In this document: piece by piece, positions 1 to 10,709 of the stretch
How positions within the stretch are numbered: position 1 is the stretch's first letter
Layout: every line of letters starts with the position of its first letter
NCBI GenBank assembly: GCA_964291285.2
Contig: OZ219785.1
Location: 1,088,001-1,152,000, forward strand
From: Alphaproteobacteria bacterium
Lineage (GTDB): Bacteria; Pseudomonadota; Alphaproteobacteria; Bin95
Direction of reading: 5' to 3'
DNA length: 64,000 nt
Position numbers and translations under genes: made by a program
The notes under the pieces: model-generated
What the model saw: only the letters and a program-made list of their open reading frames with translations
Told to the model about the DNA's origin: nothing
Database searches by the model: none

Positions 1-29
1 GTGCGGCCCCTCCGCCGCCACCGTTCGGG

Positions 30-524
30 CTACTCGCCCGCGCTGAACTTGACGAAATCGAGCGGCGGCGGGTCCTTGCCCGCATGCGAGAGCATGTGGT
101 GCGTCTGCCCGCGATGGTGGATCTGGTGCTGGAACAGGTTGGTGAGGCAGCGCCGGAGCGGCAGGCTGAAATATTCGCCGGTCTCGACCGTGTCGAAGGA
201 GAGCGTGCCGTCGAGTTCGGCCGGGTCCAGCCCGTCGGCATATCCGACATACCAACGGTCCTGGGCCTCGTGCGCGGCGCGGAGCGGCTCGAATTCCTCG
301 TGGAGGATTTCGTCGAGGCGGGTGAAGCTCGTCGGCTTCTTCTCCAGCCGCTCGCGATAGATGAGGTCGGACAGCAGGATGTGGTTCAGGGTCGCGTGGA
401 CCGAGCGGAAGAAGCCCCGCCGGTCGAGAACGCGCTCCTCGTGCGAAAGCTCCGCGCAGGCCGCGTAGAGCCGCCGATTGGCCCAGGCGTTGTAGCGGGC
501 GGCGGTGGGAAGATCGACAAGCAT
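30..524 (-). CDS. DinB family protein
   Basis: YNAWANRRL, TLNHILLSD and FQHQIHHRGQ motifs; start taken at ATG 524. Confidence 0.85.
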   Translation of the reverse strand: MLVDLPTAARYNAWANRRLYAACAELSHEERVLDRRGFFRSVHATLNHILLSDLIYRERLEKKPTSFTRLDEILHEEFEPLRAAHEAQDRWYVGYADGLDPAELDGTLSFDTVETGEYFSLPLRRCLTNLFQHQIHHRGQTHHMLSHAGKDPPPLDFVKFSAGE

Positions 525-643
525 GGGGGGAATGCCTTCCAATCCTGATTTGGACGATACCGTCCTGCCTGTTAGCATGAAAACGGGATCACGCCATTAT
601 CCTGCGGCAGCAGGCGGCGAAACCCGGGCGGCAGGAGGCATTC

Positions 644-1063
644 ATGGTGCGCTCGCTCATTCTGGCGCTGGCGCTGGTCGGTATCGCCGGCGCCGCGCAT
701 GCCGGGCCCGAGGGGACATGGCTCACCGAAGGCGGCAAGTCGCATGTCAAAATCCGGCAGTGCGGCGACAATTTCTGCGGCGCCATCGTGTGGCTGCGGG
801 AGCCCCGCAACGAGGACGGCTCGATCAAGCTCGACAAGAACAACAGGGACGAGACGCTGCGGTCCCGGACCATCCTCGGGCTCAAGCTGCTTTCCGGGTT
901 CGCGGCGCATGCCGAAGGGCCGTGGGAAGGCGGCCGGATCTACAATCCCGAAAACGGCAAGACCTACCGCTCGAAGCTCCGGCTGAAGGACGCCGACACA
1001 TTGCGGGTGAGCGGCTGCGTGCTGTTCTTCTGCGAAACCCAGGTCTGGACCCGGGTCGAATAA
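644..1063 (+). CDS. DUF2147 family secreted protein
   Basis: Signal peptide, G.W.T...V.I..CG...CG.IVW, GG.IYNPE.GKTY, L.V.GC motifs; GGAGG RBS. Confidence 0.85.
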   Translation: MVRSLILALALVGIAGAAHAGPEGTWLTEGGKSHVKIRQCGDNFCGAIVWLREPRNEDGSIKLDKNNRDETLRSRTILGLKLLSGFAAHAEGPWEGGRIYNPENGKTYRSKLRLKDADTLRVSGCVLFFCETQVWTRVE

Positions 1064-1160
1064 GCCCTGCCGGCGGGGTTTGTGCCCGACAGCGTCACCA
1101 TCGCACCAACCGGCCTTTGAATCGGCCATATAATAGACTGATACTCAAGTCTTGTTTTCC

Positions 1161-1175
1161 ATAACATGATGTTAT
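1161..1175. promoter_or_regulatory. Palindromic operator-like site upstream of fic
   Basis: ATAACAT-G-ATGTTAT perfect 7-bp inverted repeat in an AT-rich leader. Confidence 0.4.
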
Positions 1176-1205
1176 ATAGGTGATTTTATCCATAAATAAG
1201 CGGAT

Positions 1206-2423
1206 ATGGAAGCGGACATGAATGCGGCATTCGAAGCGCCTGACGACCGCGGCGAAAATGTCGCCCGTATGGAACCGCTGGCGATCGGCGAAGGGTCCAG
1301 GCACCGGACCGAACTGACCGACCTCGCGGTTGAGCTGGCCATGAAGTCCGCCGGTTTCCGCAGCACCCTGCCGGACGGCGTTCGGGCGGGGCTCGCCACG
1401 CTCGTCCGCGCCATGAACTGCTACTACAGCAACCTGATCGAGGGACACGACACCCACCCGGTCGATATCGAACGCGCGCTCGGGGAAGACTACAGCGCCG
1501 AACCCGAAAAGCGGTCCCTGCAGCTGGAGGCCAGGGCCCATGTCGAAGTCCAGGAATGGATCGACGGCGGCGGGCTTGAAGACCGCGCCCTCGCGGCCGA
1601 GGGCCTTGTGGAAATCCACCGCCGGTTTTGCGAGCGTCTGCCCGACGACCTGCTTTGGGTCGAGGACCCGGACACGAAGGAGCGCGTCAGGGTCGTGCCC
1701 GGCGCGTTGCGCGAACGCCATGTCCGGGTCGGCCGGCATCACGCCGTGAGCCCCGGCGCCGTGCCCCGCTTCCTGCAGCGCTTCACGGCCGCTTATGGCG
1801 GTCTCGGGAAGACGGACACGATTCTCGCCTCGGCGGCCGCCCATCATCGCCTGTTGTGGATTCACCCCTTCCTCGACGGCAACGGGCGCGTGGCGCGGTT
1901 GATGTCGCATGCCGTTCTGGGCGGCGCGCTGGACGCGGGCGGTTTGTGGTCGGTCGCCCGCGGCCTTGCCCGCCGCGCCGCAAAGTACAGGGAGCAGCTT
2001 GCGGCCTGCGACCTGCCTCGCCGCAACGACCTGGACGGAAGGGGCCATCTCAGCGAAGAGGCGCTGGCGGAATTCACACGGTTTTTTCTCGGCGTGTGCA
2101 TCGACCAGGTGGACTTCATGCAAGGACTGATAGCCCCCGACCGGCTGCGGCACCGGATCCTGATCTGGCTGGAAGAGGAAATCCGCATGGGCGTCCTCCC
2201 GCCGAGGTCGGGCGCCGTTGTCGAGGCGGTCCTGTTCCGGGGAGAGCTGCCGCGCGGCGATGTGGCGGGCCTTCTGGGGACCGGGGAGCGACAGGCCCGC
2301 CGGCTGACCTCCGCCCTGGTGGAGCGCGGAGTCCTGCGTTCGCAGAGTTCGCGCGCGCCCCTTCACCTCGCCTTTCACGCGAGGCTCGCATCGCGCTGGA
2401 TGCCCGGCCTGTTTCCGGAATGA
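1206..2423 (+). CDS. Fic family protein with probable C-terminal HTH
   Basis: HPFLDGNGRVAR Fic motif; N-terminal SNLIEG matches the (S/T)xxxE(G/N) inhibitory motif. Confidence 0.9.
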   Translation: MEADMNAAFEAPDDRGENVARMEPLAIGEGSRHRTELTDLAVELAMKSAGFRSTLPDGVRAGLATLVRAMNCYYSNLIEGHDTHPVDIERALGEDYSAEPEKRSLQLEARAHVEVQEWIDGGGLEDRALAAEGLVEIHRRFCERLPDDLLWVEDPDTKERVRVVPGALRERHVRVGRHHAVSPGAVPRFLQRFTAAYGGLGKTDTILASAAAHHRLLWIHPFLDGNGRVARLMSHAVLGGALDAGGLWSVARGLARRAAKYREQLAACDLPRRNDLDGRGHLSEEALAEFTRFFLGVCIDQVDFMQGLIAPDRLRHRILIWLEEEIRMGVLPPRSGAVVEAVLFRGELPRGDVAGLLGTGERQARRLTSALVERGVLRSQSSRAPLHLAFHARLASRWMPGLFPE

Positions 2424-3439
2424 GGAACCTTCTGACAGCCGCTACCCTGCTTCTGGCCGCCCATGCCGCAACGGCGGAGCCTGCGGGCTTCCGGAGCGTG
2501 ACCGTTCCCGCGGCGCATCACGGGCGCGAGATGGCCGGCGCCGTCTGGTATCCGTCCGCCGGGGGCGGCGAAGTGCTCTCTTTCGGCGAGAACGGCGTCT
2601 TCCACGGCACACGGGTGCTGGACGGCGCGCGCATGGCCGAGGGGCGGTTCCCGGTGATCCTCGCGAGCCACGGCCTTGGCGGCAATATCGGCGCGCTGGG
2701 CTGGCTCACCGCCGGCCTCGCCGAGGCGGGGGCGCTCGTCATCTCCGTCAACCACCCCAACAGCACGACGCGGGATTTCGACCTCCAGGAGGGCCTGAAG
2801 CACTGGACGCGGGTGCAGGACCTCCGGGCCGCGCTCGACTGGCTCGCCGCCCGCCCGGAGCTTGCCGCGCATGCCGATTTTTCCCGCATCTACGCAGTCG
2901 GCTTCTCCGCCGGCGGCTGGACGGCGCTCGCCCTCGGGGGCGTTCGCGCCGATCTCGAAGGCTATGCGGCCCGATGCGAAACCGCGCCGCCCTCGCCCTG
3001 GCAATGCGCCGACCTGACGCGGCGCGGCGCCGACCTCACGGCCTATTCGGCAGAGGAATGGAATGCCGGGCGCAAGGACGGCCGCATCCGCGCCGTCGCC
3101 GCCATCGAGCCGGCGCTGACCTGGGGCCTCGGGCCGGCGCATGTCCGCGAGCTGGTGGACCGGGTGCTGCTGATCGGCCTCGGCACGGCGGAGACGCGGT
3201 TGCCGGCGACCGACTTCAGCGAAACAGGGAACGGATTCGCGGCCCTTGTCCCCGGTGCCGAGACGGAGACCGTGACGCCGGCGGCGCATTTCTCGGCCCT
3301 CCTGCCCTGCAAGCCGGAAGGGCCGGCGATCCTGGCCGCGGAAGGCGATGACCCGGTCTGCGACGACCCGCCCGGCACGGACCGCACGGCGCTGCACAAG
3401 CGCATCGTGGCTCGAATCGCGGCCTTCCTCACCCTGTAG
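2420..3439 (+). CDS. Secreted alpha/beta hydrolase (dienelactone hydrolase-like)
   Basis: Signal peptide, SHGLGG, GFSAGG nucleophile elbow, H near C-terminus; ATGA overlap with fic. Confidence 0.8.
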   Translation: MRNLLTAATLLLAAHAATAEPAGFRSVTVPAAHHGREMAGAVWYPSAGGGEVLSFGENGVFHGTRVLDGARMAEGRFPVILASHGLGGNIGALGWLTAGLAEAGALVISVNHPNSTTRDFDLQEGLKHWTRVQDLRAALDWLAARPELAAHADFSRIYAVGFSAGGWTALALGGVRADLEGYAARCETAPPSPWQCADLTRRGADLTAYSAEEWNAGRKDGRIRAVAAIEPALTWGLGPAHVRELVDRVLLIGLGTAETRLPATDFSETGNGFAALVPGAETETVTPAAHFSALLPCKPEGPAILAAEGDDPVCDDPPGTDRTALHKRIVARIAAFLTL

Positions 3440-3458
3440 GACAGCCGGGCCGCGCGCG

Positions 3459-5066
3459 CTACATGCGGAAGACGCCGAACTTGCCGCGCTCGATGGGGGC
3501 GTTGAGGGCGGCGGAGATGGCCAGCGCCAGCACGGTGCGGGTCTGGGGCGGGTCGATCACGCCGTCGTCCCATAGCCTCGCCGAGCCGTAATAGGGATGT
3601 CCCTGGGTCTCGTACTGGTCGAGGATCGGCTGGCGGAACGCCGCCTCGTCCTCCTCCGGCCAGTCGCGCCCGTCGCGCGCGAGCGCGTCCCGGCGCACCG
3701 TCGCCAGCACCGTCGCCGCCTGCTCCGCGCCCATCACCGAGACGCGCGCGTTCGGCCAGGTGAACAGGAAGCGCGGCCCGTAGGCCCGCCCGCACATGGC
3801 GTAGTTGCCCGCCCCGAAGCTGTTGCCGATGACGATGGTGAATTTCGGCACCCGCGCGCAGGCGACGGCATGGACCATCTTGGCGCCGTCGCGCGCAATG
3901 CCGCCCGACTCGTATTTCCGCCCGACCATGAAGCCGGTGATGTTCTGCAGGAACACCAGCGGGATGCCGCGCTGGGCGCAGAGTTCGATGAAATGAGCGC
4001 CCTTCTGCGAGGATTCCGAGAACAGGATGCCGTTATTGGCGACGATGCCGACCGGGTAGCCCTCGATATGCGCGAAGCCGGTGACGAGCGTCGTGCCGTA
4101 GAGCGCCTTGAACTCGTCGAGCCGGCTGCCGTCCACGAGCCGCGCGATGACCTCGCGCACGTCGTAGGGCGTCTTCCAGTCCGGCGGCACGATGCCGTAG
4201 ATCTCCTCGGGATCGTATAGCGGCTGCTCCGGCTCGCGGAGGTCGAGCTCCGGGCGCTTCACGCTGTTCAGGTAGCCAAGCGCCGTGCGCGCGAGCGCGA
4301 GCGCATGGTCATCGTCCAGGGCGTAGTGGTCGGTCACGCCCGAGATGCGGGAATGGACGTCCGCCCCGCCCAGCTCCTCCGCACTCACGATCTCGCCGGT
4401 GGCGGCCTTCACCAGCGGCGGGCCGCCGAGGAAGATCGTGCCCTGGCCCTTCACGATCACCGCCTCGTCGGACATGGCCGGCACATAGGCCCCGCCGGCC
4501 GTGCAGGAGCCCATCACCACGGCGATCTGCGGGATGCCTTCCGCCGACATGGTCGCCTGGTTGTAGAAGATGCGCCCGAAATGGGTGGCGTCCGGGAACA
4601 CCTCGTCCTGCTGGGGCAGGTTGGCGCCGCCGGAATCCACCAGATAGACGCAGGGCAGCCGGTTCTCGCGCGCCACCTGCTGGGCGCGCAGATGCTTCTT
4701 GACCGTCAGCGGGTAGTAGGTGCCGCCCTTGACGGTGGCGTCGTTGGCGACCACGACGCATTCGCGCCCGTGCACGCGCCCGATGCCGGTGACGATGCCG
4801 GCCGAGGGGATGTCGTCCTCATAGACGCCCCAGGCGGCGAGCTGGGAGAGCTCCAGGAAGGGCGAGCCGGGGTCGAACAGGCCGCGCACCCGGTCGCGGG
4901 GCAGCAGCTTGCCGCGCGCCAGGTGGCGCTGGCGGGCGCGTTCGCCGCCGCCTTCCTGCACCCTGGCCACGGTTTCGCGCAGGTCGGCGGCGAGCGCCTG
5001 CATCGCATCCGCATTGGCGCGGAAATCCCGCCCCCGCGTCCGGAGCCTGCTTTCGATAACGCCCAT
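3459..5066 (-). CDS. liuB: 3-methylcrotonyl-CoA carboxylase beta subunit
   Basis: [41 protein letters not shown] terminus. Confidence 0.9.
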   Translation of the reverse strand: MGVIESRLRTRGRDFRANADAMQALAADLRETVARVQEGGGERARQRHLARGKLLPRDRVRGLFDPGSPFLELSQLAAWGVYEDDIPSAGIVTGIGRVHGRECVVVANDATVKGGTYYPLTVKKHLRAQQVARENRLPCVYLVDSGGANLPQQDEVFPDATHFGRIFYNQATMSAEGIPQIAVVMGSCTAGGAYVPAMSDEAVIVKGQGTIFLGGPPLVKAATGEIVSAEELGGADVHSRISGVTDHYALDDDHALALARTALGYLNSVKRPELDLREPEQPLYDPEEIYGIVPPDWKTPYDVREVIARLVDGSRLDEFKALYGTTLVTGFAHIEGYPVGIVANNGILFSESSQKGAHFIELCAQRGIPLVFLQNITGFMVGRKYESGGIARDGAKMVHAVACARVPKFTIVIGNSFGAGNYAMCGRAYGPRFLFTWPNARVSVMGAEQAATVLATVRRDALARDGRDWPEEDEAAFRQPILDQYETQGHPYYGSARLWDDGVIDPPQTRTVLALAISAALNAPIERGKFGVFRM

Positions 5067-5096
5067 GGCGCCCGCCCGAAGGCCGGGAGCGGCCGC

Positions 5097-5474
5097 TCAG
5101 GCGGCCTCGTCGGTCTCTTCGCCGCGCGCGGTGCGCGTATAGGCGATGGCGCAATGCGCGGCGCAGTAGGGCTTGCCCGGTTCCGCCTCCGCACCGCAGA
5201 AGTGGAAATCGTCGTCCTGCGGATCGCCGATAGGCCAGTGGCAGACCGCCTTGCCGACCGCGGCCAGGCGCACGGGGCGCGGCATTGGCGGCGGCGAGGC
5301 CGGCAGGCGGCGGATCGGCGAGGGGCGGGGCGCGAGGCCCGAGCGGTGCGCCTTGCCGACCACTGCATTCTTGGACACGCCGAGGCGGCGGCCGATCTCC
5401 GCCGTGCTTGCTCCTGTCGCCCAGAGCTTGCGCAACTCGGAAACCCGTTCCAACGTCCAGGTCATCTGTTCCAT
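5097..5474 (-). CDS. gcrA: GcrA family cell-cycle regulator
   Basis: WT.ERV..LRKLW..G.S..EI...LGVSKNAV.GKAHR.GL and C.WPIGDP....FHFCG...YC..H. Confidence 0.85.
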   Translation of the reverse strand: MEQMTWTLERVSELRKLWATGASTAEIGRRLGVSKNAVVGKAHRSGLAPRPSPIRRLPASPPPMPRPVRLAAVGKAVCHWPIGDPQDDDFHFCGAEAEPGKPYCAAHCAIAYTRTARGEETDEAA

Positions 5475-5687
5475 CTTGCCACCGCGATCAATAGTAGCCA
5501 TCAAGCCGATGCATACTATATTCTGTATTCCTGCGCAAGCCTTTCCACGCCCGTAATTCGGTGTCGGCGGGAAGAGCCGGCGGTTTCGGGCTGGCATTTC
5601 TCCCTGGAAGCCGCTATATTGCGCCGACGGTTTCGACGGCGGGCCGGAAGCGGTGCGCCGTGGGGCGGTGATGGAGCTTCGAGGGTC

Positions 5688-6500
5688 ATGTCGGGCCATT
5701 GGTCTCCGGAAGAGTTGCCGTGGGAGGCGTTCGATCCCGAGCGGGTCGATGCCGGCCTCATCCCGCTCGTCAAGGCGGCCAGCATGGTCGAGTCCAACGG
5801 ACGCGACTACGCTGCCTATCTGAACAGCGTGTTCGCGGACGACGAGCAGGTCTGCGACATGATGAACGGCTGGGCCCATGAGGAGGTCCAGCACGGCGTC
5901 GTGCTGGGCCGCTGGGCGAAGCTGGCCGACCCCGCTTTCGACTATGACGCCGCGCTCGCACGCTTCCGCGCCGGCTATTCGATCGAGATCGACGTCGATG
6001 CCTCGATCCGGGGCTCGCGCACCGGCGAGATGATCGCGCGCTGCATGGTCGAGGTCGGCACCTCCTCCTTCTATTCCGCGCTCGCGGACAGGACCGACGA
6101 GCCGTTGCTCAAGGCGATCTGCAGGCGCATCGCGGCGGACGAGCTGCGCCACTACGCGCTCTTCTACCGGACGATGAAGCGCTACCTGGAGACCGAGCGG
6201 CTGAACAGGCTCGAACGCATCCGCATCGCCTTCCTGCGCGTCATGGAGACCGAGGACGACGAGCTCGCCTATGCCTGGTTCGCCGCCAATGAGGGCGGCG
6301 GCGCCTACGACCGCAAACAGGCGAACCGCGCCTATATGCGCGAGAGCTACGCGCTTTACCGCCCGCACCATGCCCGGCGCGGCATGACGATGATCTTCAA
6401 GGCGGTCGGGCTGAAGCCCACCGGCCGGCTCTCGCGGGCGATGAGCGCGCTGGCGATTTCTCTGATAAGCTTCCGCGCCTGGCGGCTGGCCCGCGCCTGA
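5688..6500 (+). CDS. Ferritin-like diiron protein
   Basis: Paired EEVQH and DELRH ExxH motifs. Confidence 0.8.
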   Translation: MSGHWSPEELPWEAFDPERVDAGLIPLVKAASMVESNGRDYAAYLNSVFADDEQVCDMMNGWAHEEVQHGVVLGRWAKLADPAFDYDAALARFRAGYSIEIDVDASIRGSRTGEMIARCMVEVGTSSFYSALADRTDEPLLKAICRRIAADELRHYALFYRTMKRYLETERLNRLERIRIAFLRVMETEDDELAYAWFAANEGGGAYDRKQANRAYMRESYALYRPHHARRGMTMIFKAVGLKPTGRLSRAMSALAISLISFRAWRLARA

Positions 6501-6540
6501 CCGCCTTCCCGTTCCCCTGCCGGAAGGACCGCCCGCTGCC

Positions 6541-7497
6541 ATGTCCGATCTGCCGAAATCCGTCTCGATCTCCGAGGAAGGCCCGCGCGAGGGCTTCCAG
6601 ATCGAGCCCGGCCCGATCCCGACCGCGCGCAAGATCGAGCTGATCGACGCGCTCTCGGAGACCGGGCTGAAGCGCATCCAGGTCGCCTCCTTCGTCAGCC
6701 CGAGGCACGTGCCCGGCTGGGCCGACGCCGACGAGGTGGTCGAGGGCTTCCGGCGCGAGCCGGGCGTCGCCTATTCCGTGCTCTGGCTGAACGAGCGCGG
6801 CCTCGACCGGGCGCTCGGCAAGGAAGGCATCGAGATGAAGGGGGCGATCTCGACCTCCGCCTCCGAGACCTTCATGGGCAGGAACACCAACCGCGGCTAC
6901 GAGCGCAACCGCGAGGTGCAGAAGAACCAGATCGACACCTATCTCGCCTACGGCATGCCGGTGCGCAAGGCGTCGGTGATGGCCGCCTTCGGCTGCAATT
7001 TCGAGGGCGAGGTCCCGGTCGCGAAGGTGCTGGCGGCGGTCCGCGACCTGATGGAGATCGCGGCGGAGAAGGGCGTGGAGATCGGCGCGCTCTCGCTCGC
7101 CGACACGATGGGCTGGGCGCAGCCGGCCTCGATCAGGGCGGTCGTGGGCGCGGTGCGCGAGGCGTGGCCGGACATGGAGATCGCGCTCCACCTGCACGAC
7201 ACGCGCGGCATGGGCATCGCCAACGCCTATGCGGGGCTGGAGATGGGGGTGACGACGTTCGACAGCTCCGTCGCCGGCCTCGGCGGCTGCCCCTTCGCCG
7301 CGCACAAGGGCGCGGCCGGCAATGTCTGCACGGAGGACCTCGTGTTCCTCTGCGAGGAGATGGGCATCGACACGGGCGTGGACCTCGACGCGCTGATCGA
7401 GTGCGCGCGCCTTGCCGAGGACATTGTCGGCCACCCGCTGCCGGGCTCCGTCATGCATGGCGGCTCCCTCTCCCGCTTCCGCGAAGCGCGGGCCTGA
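6541..7497 (+). CDS. Hydroxymethylglutaryl-CoA lyase family protein
   Basis: EGPREGFQ, LHLHDTRG, GLGGCPFA, GNVCTED. Confidence 0.9.
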   Translation: MSDLPKSVSISEEGPREGFQIEPGPIPTARKIELIDALSETGLKRIQVASFVSPRHVPGWADADEVVEGFRREPGVAYSVLWLNERGLDRALGKEGIEMKGAISTSASETFMGRNTNRGYERNREVQKNQIDTYLAYGMPVRKASVMAAFGCNFEGEVPVAKVLAAVRDLMEIAAEKGVEIGALSLADTMGWAQPASIRAVVGAVREAWPDMEIALHLHDTRGMGIANAYAGLEMGVTTFDSSVAGLGGCPFAAHKGAAGNVCTEDLVFLCEEMGIDTGVDLDALIECARLAEDIVGHPLPGSVMHGGSLSRFREARA

Positions 7498-7527
7498 GGG
7501 CGCCCCGCTGGACCGGAGGGTCCCGGA

Positions 7528-8301
7528 TTGGAACATATCGGACGGGTCGAGGAGGAGTTCACCCGCCAGGCCGGCAGGTTCGCCGCCTATGCCGGGAAGG
7601 CCGGCGGCGATGTGGTCGGCATGTTCGGGGAAACGCTCGGCGCGGCCGGCGGCGGCCGGGTCCTCGATGTGGCCTGCGGGCCGGGCGCCGTGGCGGCCGC
7701 CCTGGCAGTCCGGGCCCGCGAGGTCGTCGGACTCGACGCCACGCCGGCGATGCTGGAGCAGGCGCGCAGGCGCTGCGAGGCGGCGGGCCTCTCCAATGTG
7801 CGGTTCGAGCAGGGGAGGGCGGAGGCGCTGCCGTTCGAGACGGCGTCCTTCGATGCGGTCGTGACCCGGATAGCCCTGCATCACTGCGTGGACCCGGTCC
7901 CCGTGCTGGCCGAGATGTTCCGCGTGTTGCGCCCCGGCGGCAGGGCGGCGATTGCCGATGTCGTCGTGTCCGAGGATGCGGACAAGGCCCGGTTGCAGAA
8001 CGCGCTCGAAATCGTCCGCGACCCGTTGCACGTCCGCATGCTGCCGCTCAGCGAGCTGCGGGCGTCCATCGAAGGCTGCGGCTTCGAACCCGACTCCGAG
8101 ACCGTCTGGGATGCGCCGCGCGAATTCGAGCAGTGGATGGGCATCGTCAACGACCCGCAGCGCGCGGAGCCGCTGCGCGTAATTGCGCGCGCGCTTGCCG
8201 AGGAAGGCCGCGACGCCGGAATGGGGCTGTCGGTCCGCGGCGATGACATCGTCTTCTTCCATCGCTGGGCGCTGATCGGGGCCGGGAAGCCGGACCGCTG
8301 A
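7528..8301 (+). CDS. Class I SAM-dependent methyltransferase
   Basis: VLDVACGPG, LPFETASFD, RVLRPGG. Confidence 0.85.
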   Translation: MEHIGRVEEEFTRQAGRFAAYAGKAGGDVVGMFGETLGAAGGGRVLDVACGPGAVAAALAVRAREVVGLDATPAMLEQARRRCEAAGLSNVRFEQGRAEALPFETASFDAVVTRIALHHCVDPVPVLAEMFRVLRPGGRAAIADVVVSEDADKARLQNALEIVRDPLHVRMLPLSELRASIEGCGFEPDSETVWDAPREFEQWMGIVNDPQRAEPLRVIARALAEEGRDAGMGLSVRGDDIVFFHRWALIGAGKPDR

Positions 8302-8394
8302 GGAACCGGCGGAACGCCCATTCCCCCCGGCGGCCGCAAGCCGCTATCCTTGGCGCCGACGACCGCGCGATCCCACCCCGGAGGACCCGACCCC

Positions 8395-8976
8395 ATGACC
8401 GCACCCATCGACGCCCACAAGGTCCTGATGACCGGCGAGAACTCCTTCATCCGGCTGAGCCATGACGGCGGCGGGACCATGTCCGAGCGCACCAGCCACT
8501 GGCGGGTGCTGTGGTGTCCCGCCGGGGCCGGGCACGCGCTCTTCATGCAGGGGGAGCTGACCGGCGGCGACGTCCGCATCTACAGCGACGAGATTGCCGT
8601 CGCCCGCTGGCTGCAGCGCACCATCGAGACGCTGCTGCACCCGCCCTTCGCCGACGAGTCGGTGCCGGTGCTGCCGGCGGTCTTCACCCGCGAGGGCGAC
8701 CCGCGCGCCGCCACGGTGGAGACCGTCGAGTCGGACGAGGACATCGTGCGCATGACCTGGTACGACGCGCTGGAGCCCTTCATCCTGAACGGGCCGCCCG
8801 GCACGGCCGGCCGCCCGCTCGGCGTGCTCTCGACCTTCATCCCCCACGCCTCGGCCCAGCTTTCGCTCAACGGCCGCATCGGCGCCGGCGCGCCCTGGCA
8901 GGAGAAGCGCGGCGAGCACCAGTCCTCCAGCGCCGTGCTGGCCTGGTCCGAGTCCTGGCTCCAGCCGCGGGACTGA
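8395..8976 (+). CDS. Hypothetical protein
   Basis: Host-like codon usage, GGAGG RBS, globular composition. Confidence 0.7.
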   Translation: MTAPIDAHKVLMTGENSFIRLSHDGGGTMSERTSHWRVLWCPAGAGHALFMQGELTGGDVRIYSDEIAVARWLQRTIETLLHPPFADESVPVLPAVFTREGDPRAATVETVESDEDIVRMTWYDALEPFILNGPPGTAGRPLGVLSTFIPHASAQLSLNGRIGAGAPWQEKRGEHQSSSAVLAWSESWLQPRD

Positions 8977-9002
8977 CGCCCGCCGCCCCGCTCGCCTCCT
9001 TC

Positions 9003-9090
9003 CGTCATGCCCGGACTTGTTCCGGGCATCCATGCGGCCGTCCGTAGGGAACGGTGGAGGGAGATGCCCGGAACAAGTCCGGGCATGACG
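9003..9090. repeat. REP-like palindromic doublet between convergent genes
   Basis: 28-bp perfect inverted pair CGTCATGCCCGGACTTGTTCCGGGCATC (9003-9030 / 9063-9090). Confidence 0.8.
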
Positions 9091-9149
9091 AGAAGAAGAC
9101 ATGAGTCCCAAATCGAGGCCGTTGGTATGACCCGCCGCCCCGCTTCCCC

Positions 9150-10367
9150 CTACCCCACCGCGGTCCGGGCGCCGGTCTCGAACTCGATCGCCGCCAGATC
9201 GTCGCCGGCGATGGCGCGCTCGAAGGCGGCGAGGCGCTTGTAGATCGACATCAGCTCCACGATCGTCGTCCAGCTGTTGACGAGGAACTGGAACGAGTTC
9301 TCCACCCGGCCGAAGGCGCGCACGATCTGCTGCATCACGCCGAGCGAGAACCCCGCCGAGATGATGGTCGGCCCGAGCGCCACATAGGGCAGCATCACGC
9401 CCGCCTGGAGATAGCCGTAGCGCACGATGTTGAAGTAGAGGTAGTTGAGGTAGAGGCGGAAATAGTTGCGCCGGACGTCGGCGAACAGCTCGCCGAGCGT
9501 CGGCGGCCCGGCCCGGTCCTCCCGGTCCTCGCCCATGACGAGCTCCTTGCGGAAGGCCGCCTCGACGCGCTGGTTTCGGAACTCCAGCCCCGGCAGCCGG
9601 TAGCCGGCAAGCGCCAGGATGCCGGTGCCGAACACCGACCAGAAGAGCGCGACCCAGACCAGCGCCTGGCCGACCTCGCCGAAGACCGGGATCTCCTTGA
9701 TGTGGGCCGACAGCGCCCAGAGGATCGGCAGGAAGGCGATCAGGGTCATCACCGCATCGATGAAGCGCACGCCGAGCGACTCCATGATGCCGGCAAAGCG
9801 CATGGCGTCTTCCTGCACCCGCTGCGAGGCGCCCTCGATATGCCGCACCTGCTCCCAGAGCCGGACATAGCGGTCGTTGATCGCGGTGCGCCAGCGGAAG
9901 ACGAAATGACTGGTGAAGAAGTGGTTGAGCACGGCGGTGGTGATGAACACCATGGCGATGGTGAGGAAGGTGGCGAGCTGCGCGTAATAGTCCCCGGCGG
10001 TGACCGCGCCCGGCTCCGCCAGCGCCTTCTGGATGATGTCGTAGAAGGTCCGGAACCACTCGTTGATCATCACGTCGAGCTGCACCTGGAACCAGGTGAC
10101 GAAGACGATCAGCGCCGAGCCCGCCACCGACCAGCGCGACCAGGGGTGCGGGCGGAACCACATCCAGAAGAGCGCGAAGGAGGCGTAGGCGAGGAAGGAA
10201 TAGACATAGACCCAGACGGTCCGCTCCGCCGCGCCGATCAGCCCGGACAAGCCCGTCGGGTCGCCCCAGTCCGAGGCGGCCACATACCAGAAGAGCAGCG
10301 CAACAAGCGCCCACGCCACCGCCGAGATGCCGAACGCGCGCGGGCTGGGGAAGAAGCAGCCGAACAT
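9150..10367 (-). CDS. sbmA: SbmA/BacA peptide transporter
   Basis: FFPSPR.F start, FRWRTA, IEGASQRVQED, NQRVEAA.RKELV.GED, ELMSIYKRL. Confidence 0.9.
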   Translation of the reverse strand: MFGCFFPSPRAFGISAVAWALVALLFWYVAASDWGDPTGLSGLIGAAERTVWVYVYSFLAYASFALFWMWFRPHPWSRWSVAGSALIVFVTWFQVQLDVMINEWFRTFYDIIQKALAEPGAVTAGDYYAQLATFLTIAMVFITTAVLNHFFTSHFVFRWRTAINDRYVRLWEQVRHIEGASQRVQEDAMRFAGIMESLGVRFIDAVMTLIAFLPILWALSAHIKEIPVFGEVGQALVWVALFWSVFGTGILALAGYRLPGLEFRNQRVEAAFRKELVMGEDREDRAGPPTLGELFADVRRNYFRLYLNYLYFNIVRYGYLQAGVMLPYVALGPTIISAGFSLGVMQQIVRAFGRVENSFQFLVNSWTTIVELMSIYKRLAAFERAIAGDDLAAIEFETGARTAVG

Positions 10368-10709
10368 GGGGGATACCCTTTCGCCGGAATGGCCGCCCCC
10401 GGCGGGCGCGGGCGGCGCCCCGGTCCGGCGGCTGGAACGATGCCCGCGCGGCGCGCGGGCGTCCTCGGATGGTCCCGGCGGCTATAGCAAATTCGGCGGG
10501 CGGGCGGCCATGCCGGGGAAAGGCGGGCGGTCTCGGCCCCGGCGCCGCCCGTTGCCGGGAGCGGCCCGCCCCGGCGCATCGGCAACCCCTTGCCCGCATG
10601 GCGGCCGCGCAATAATGTCCGGATACGAAGGGGGGAACATATTGGAAAAGAAAATGGAGTTCCGGTCCGCCGCCGGGCGGGTCGTGCCCCTTTTCGGGAC
10701 CGGGCCTGC

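Noticed and set aside
1153-1180. dif-like site (TTCCATAA...TTAT)
   Set aside because: Spacer is 7 bp and the XerC-side arm does not match; better read as an operator palindrome
4305-6677. Long ORFs suggesting large GcrA or ferritin fusions
   Set aside because: Extensions overlap real genes on the opposite strand; true starts at 5474 and 5688
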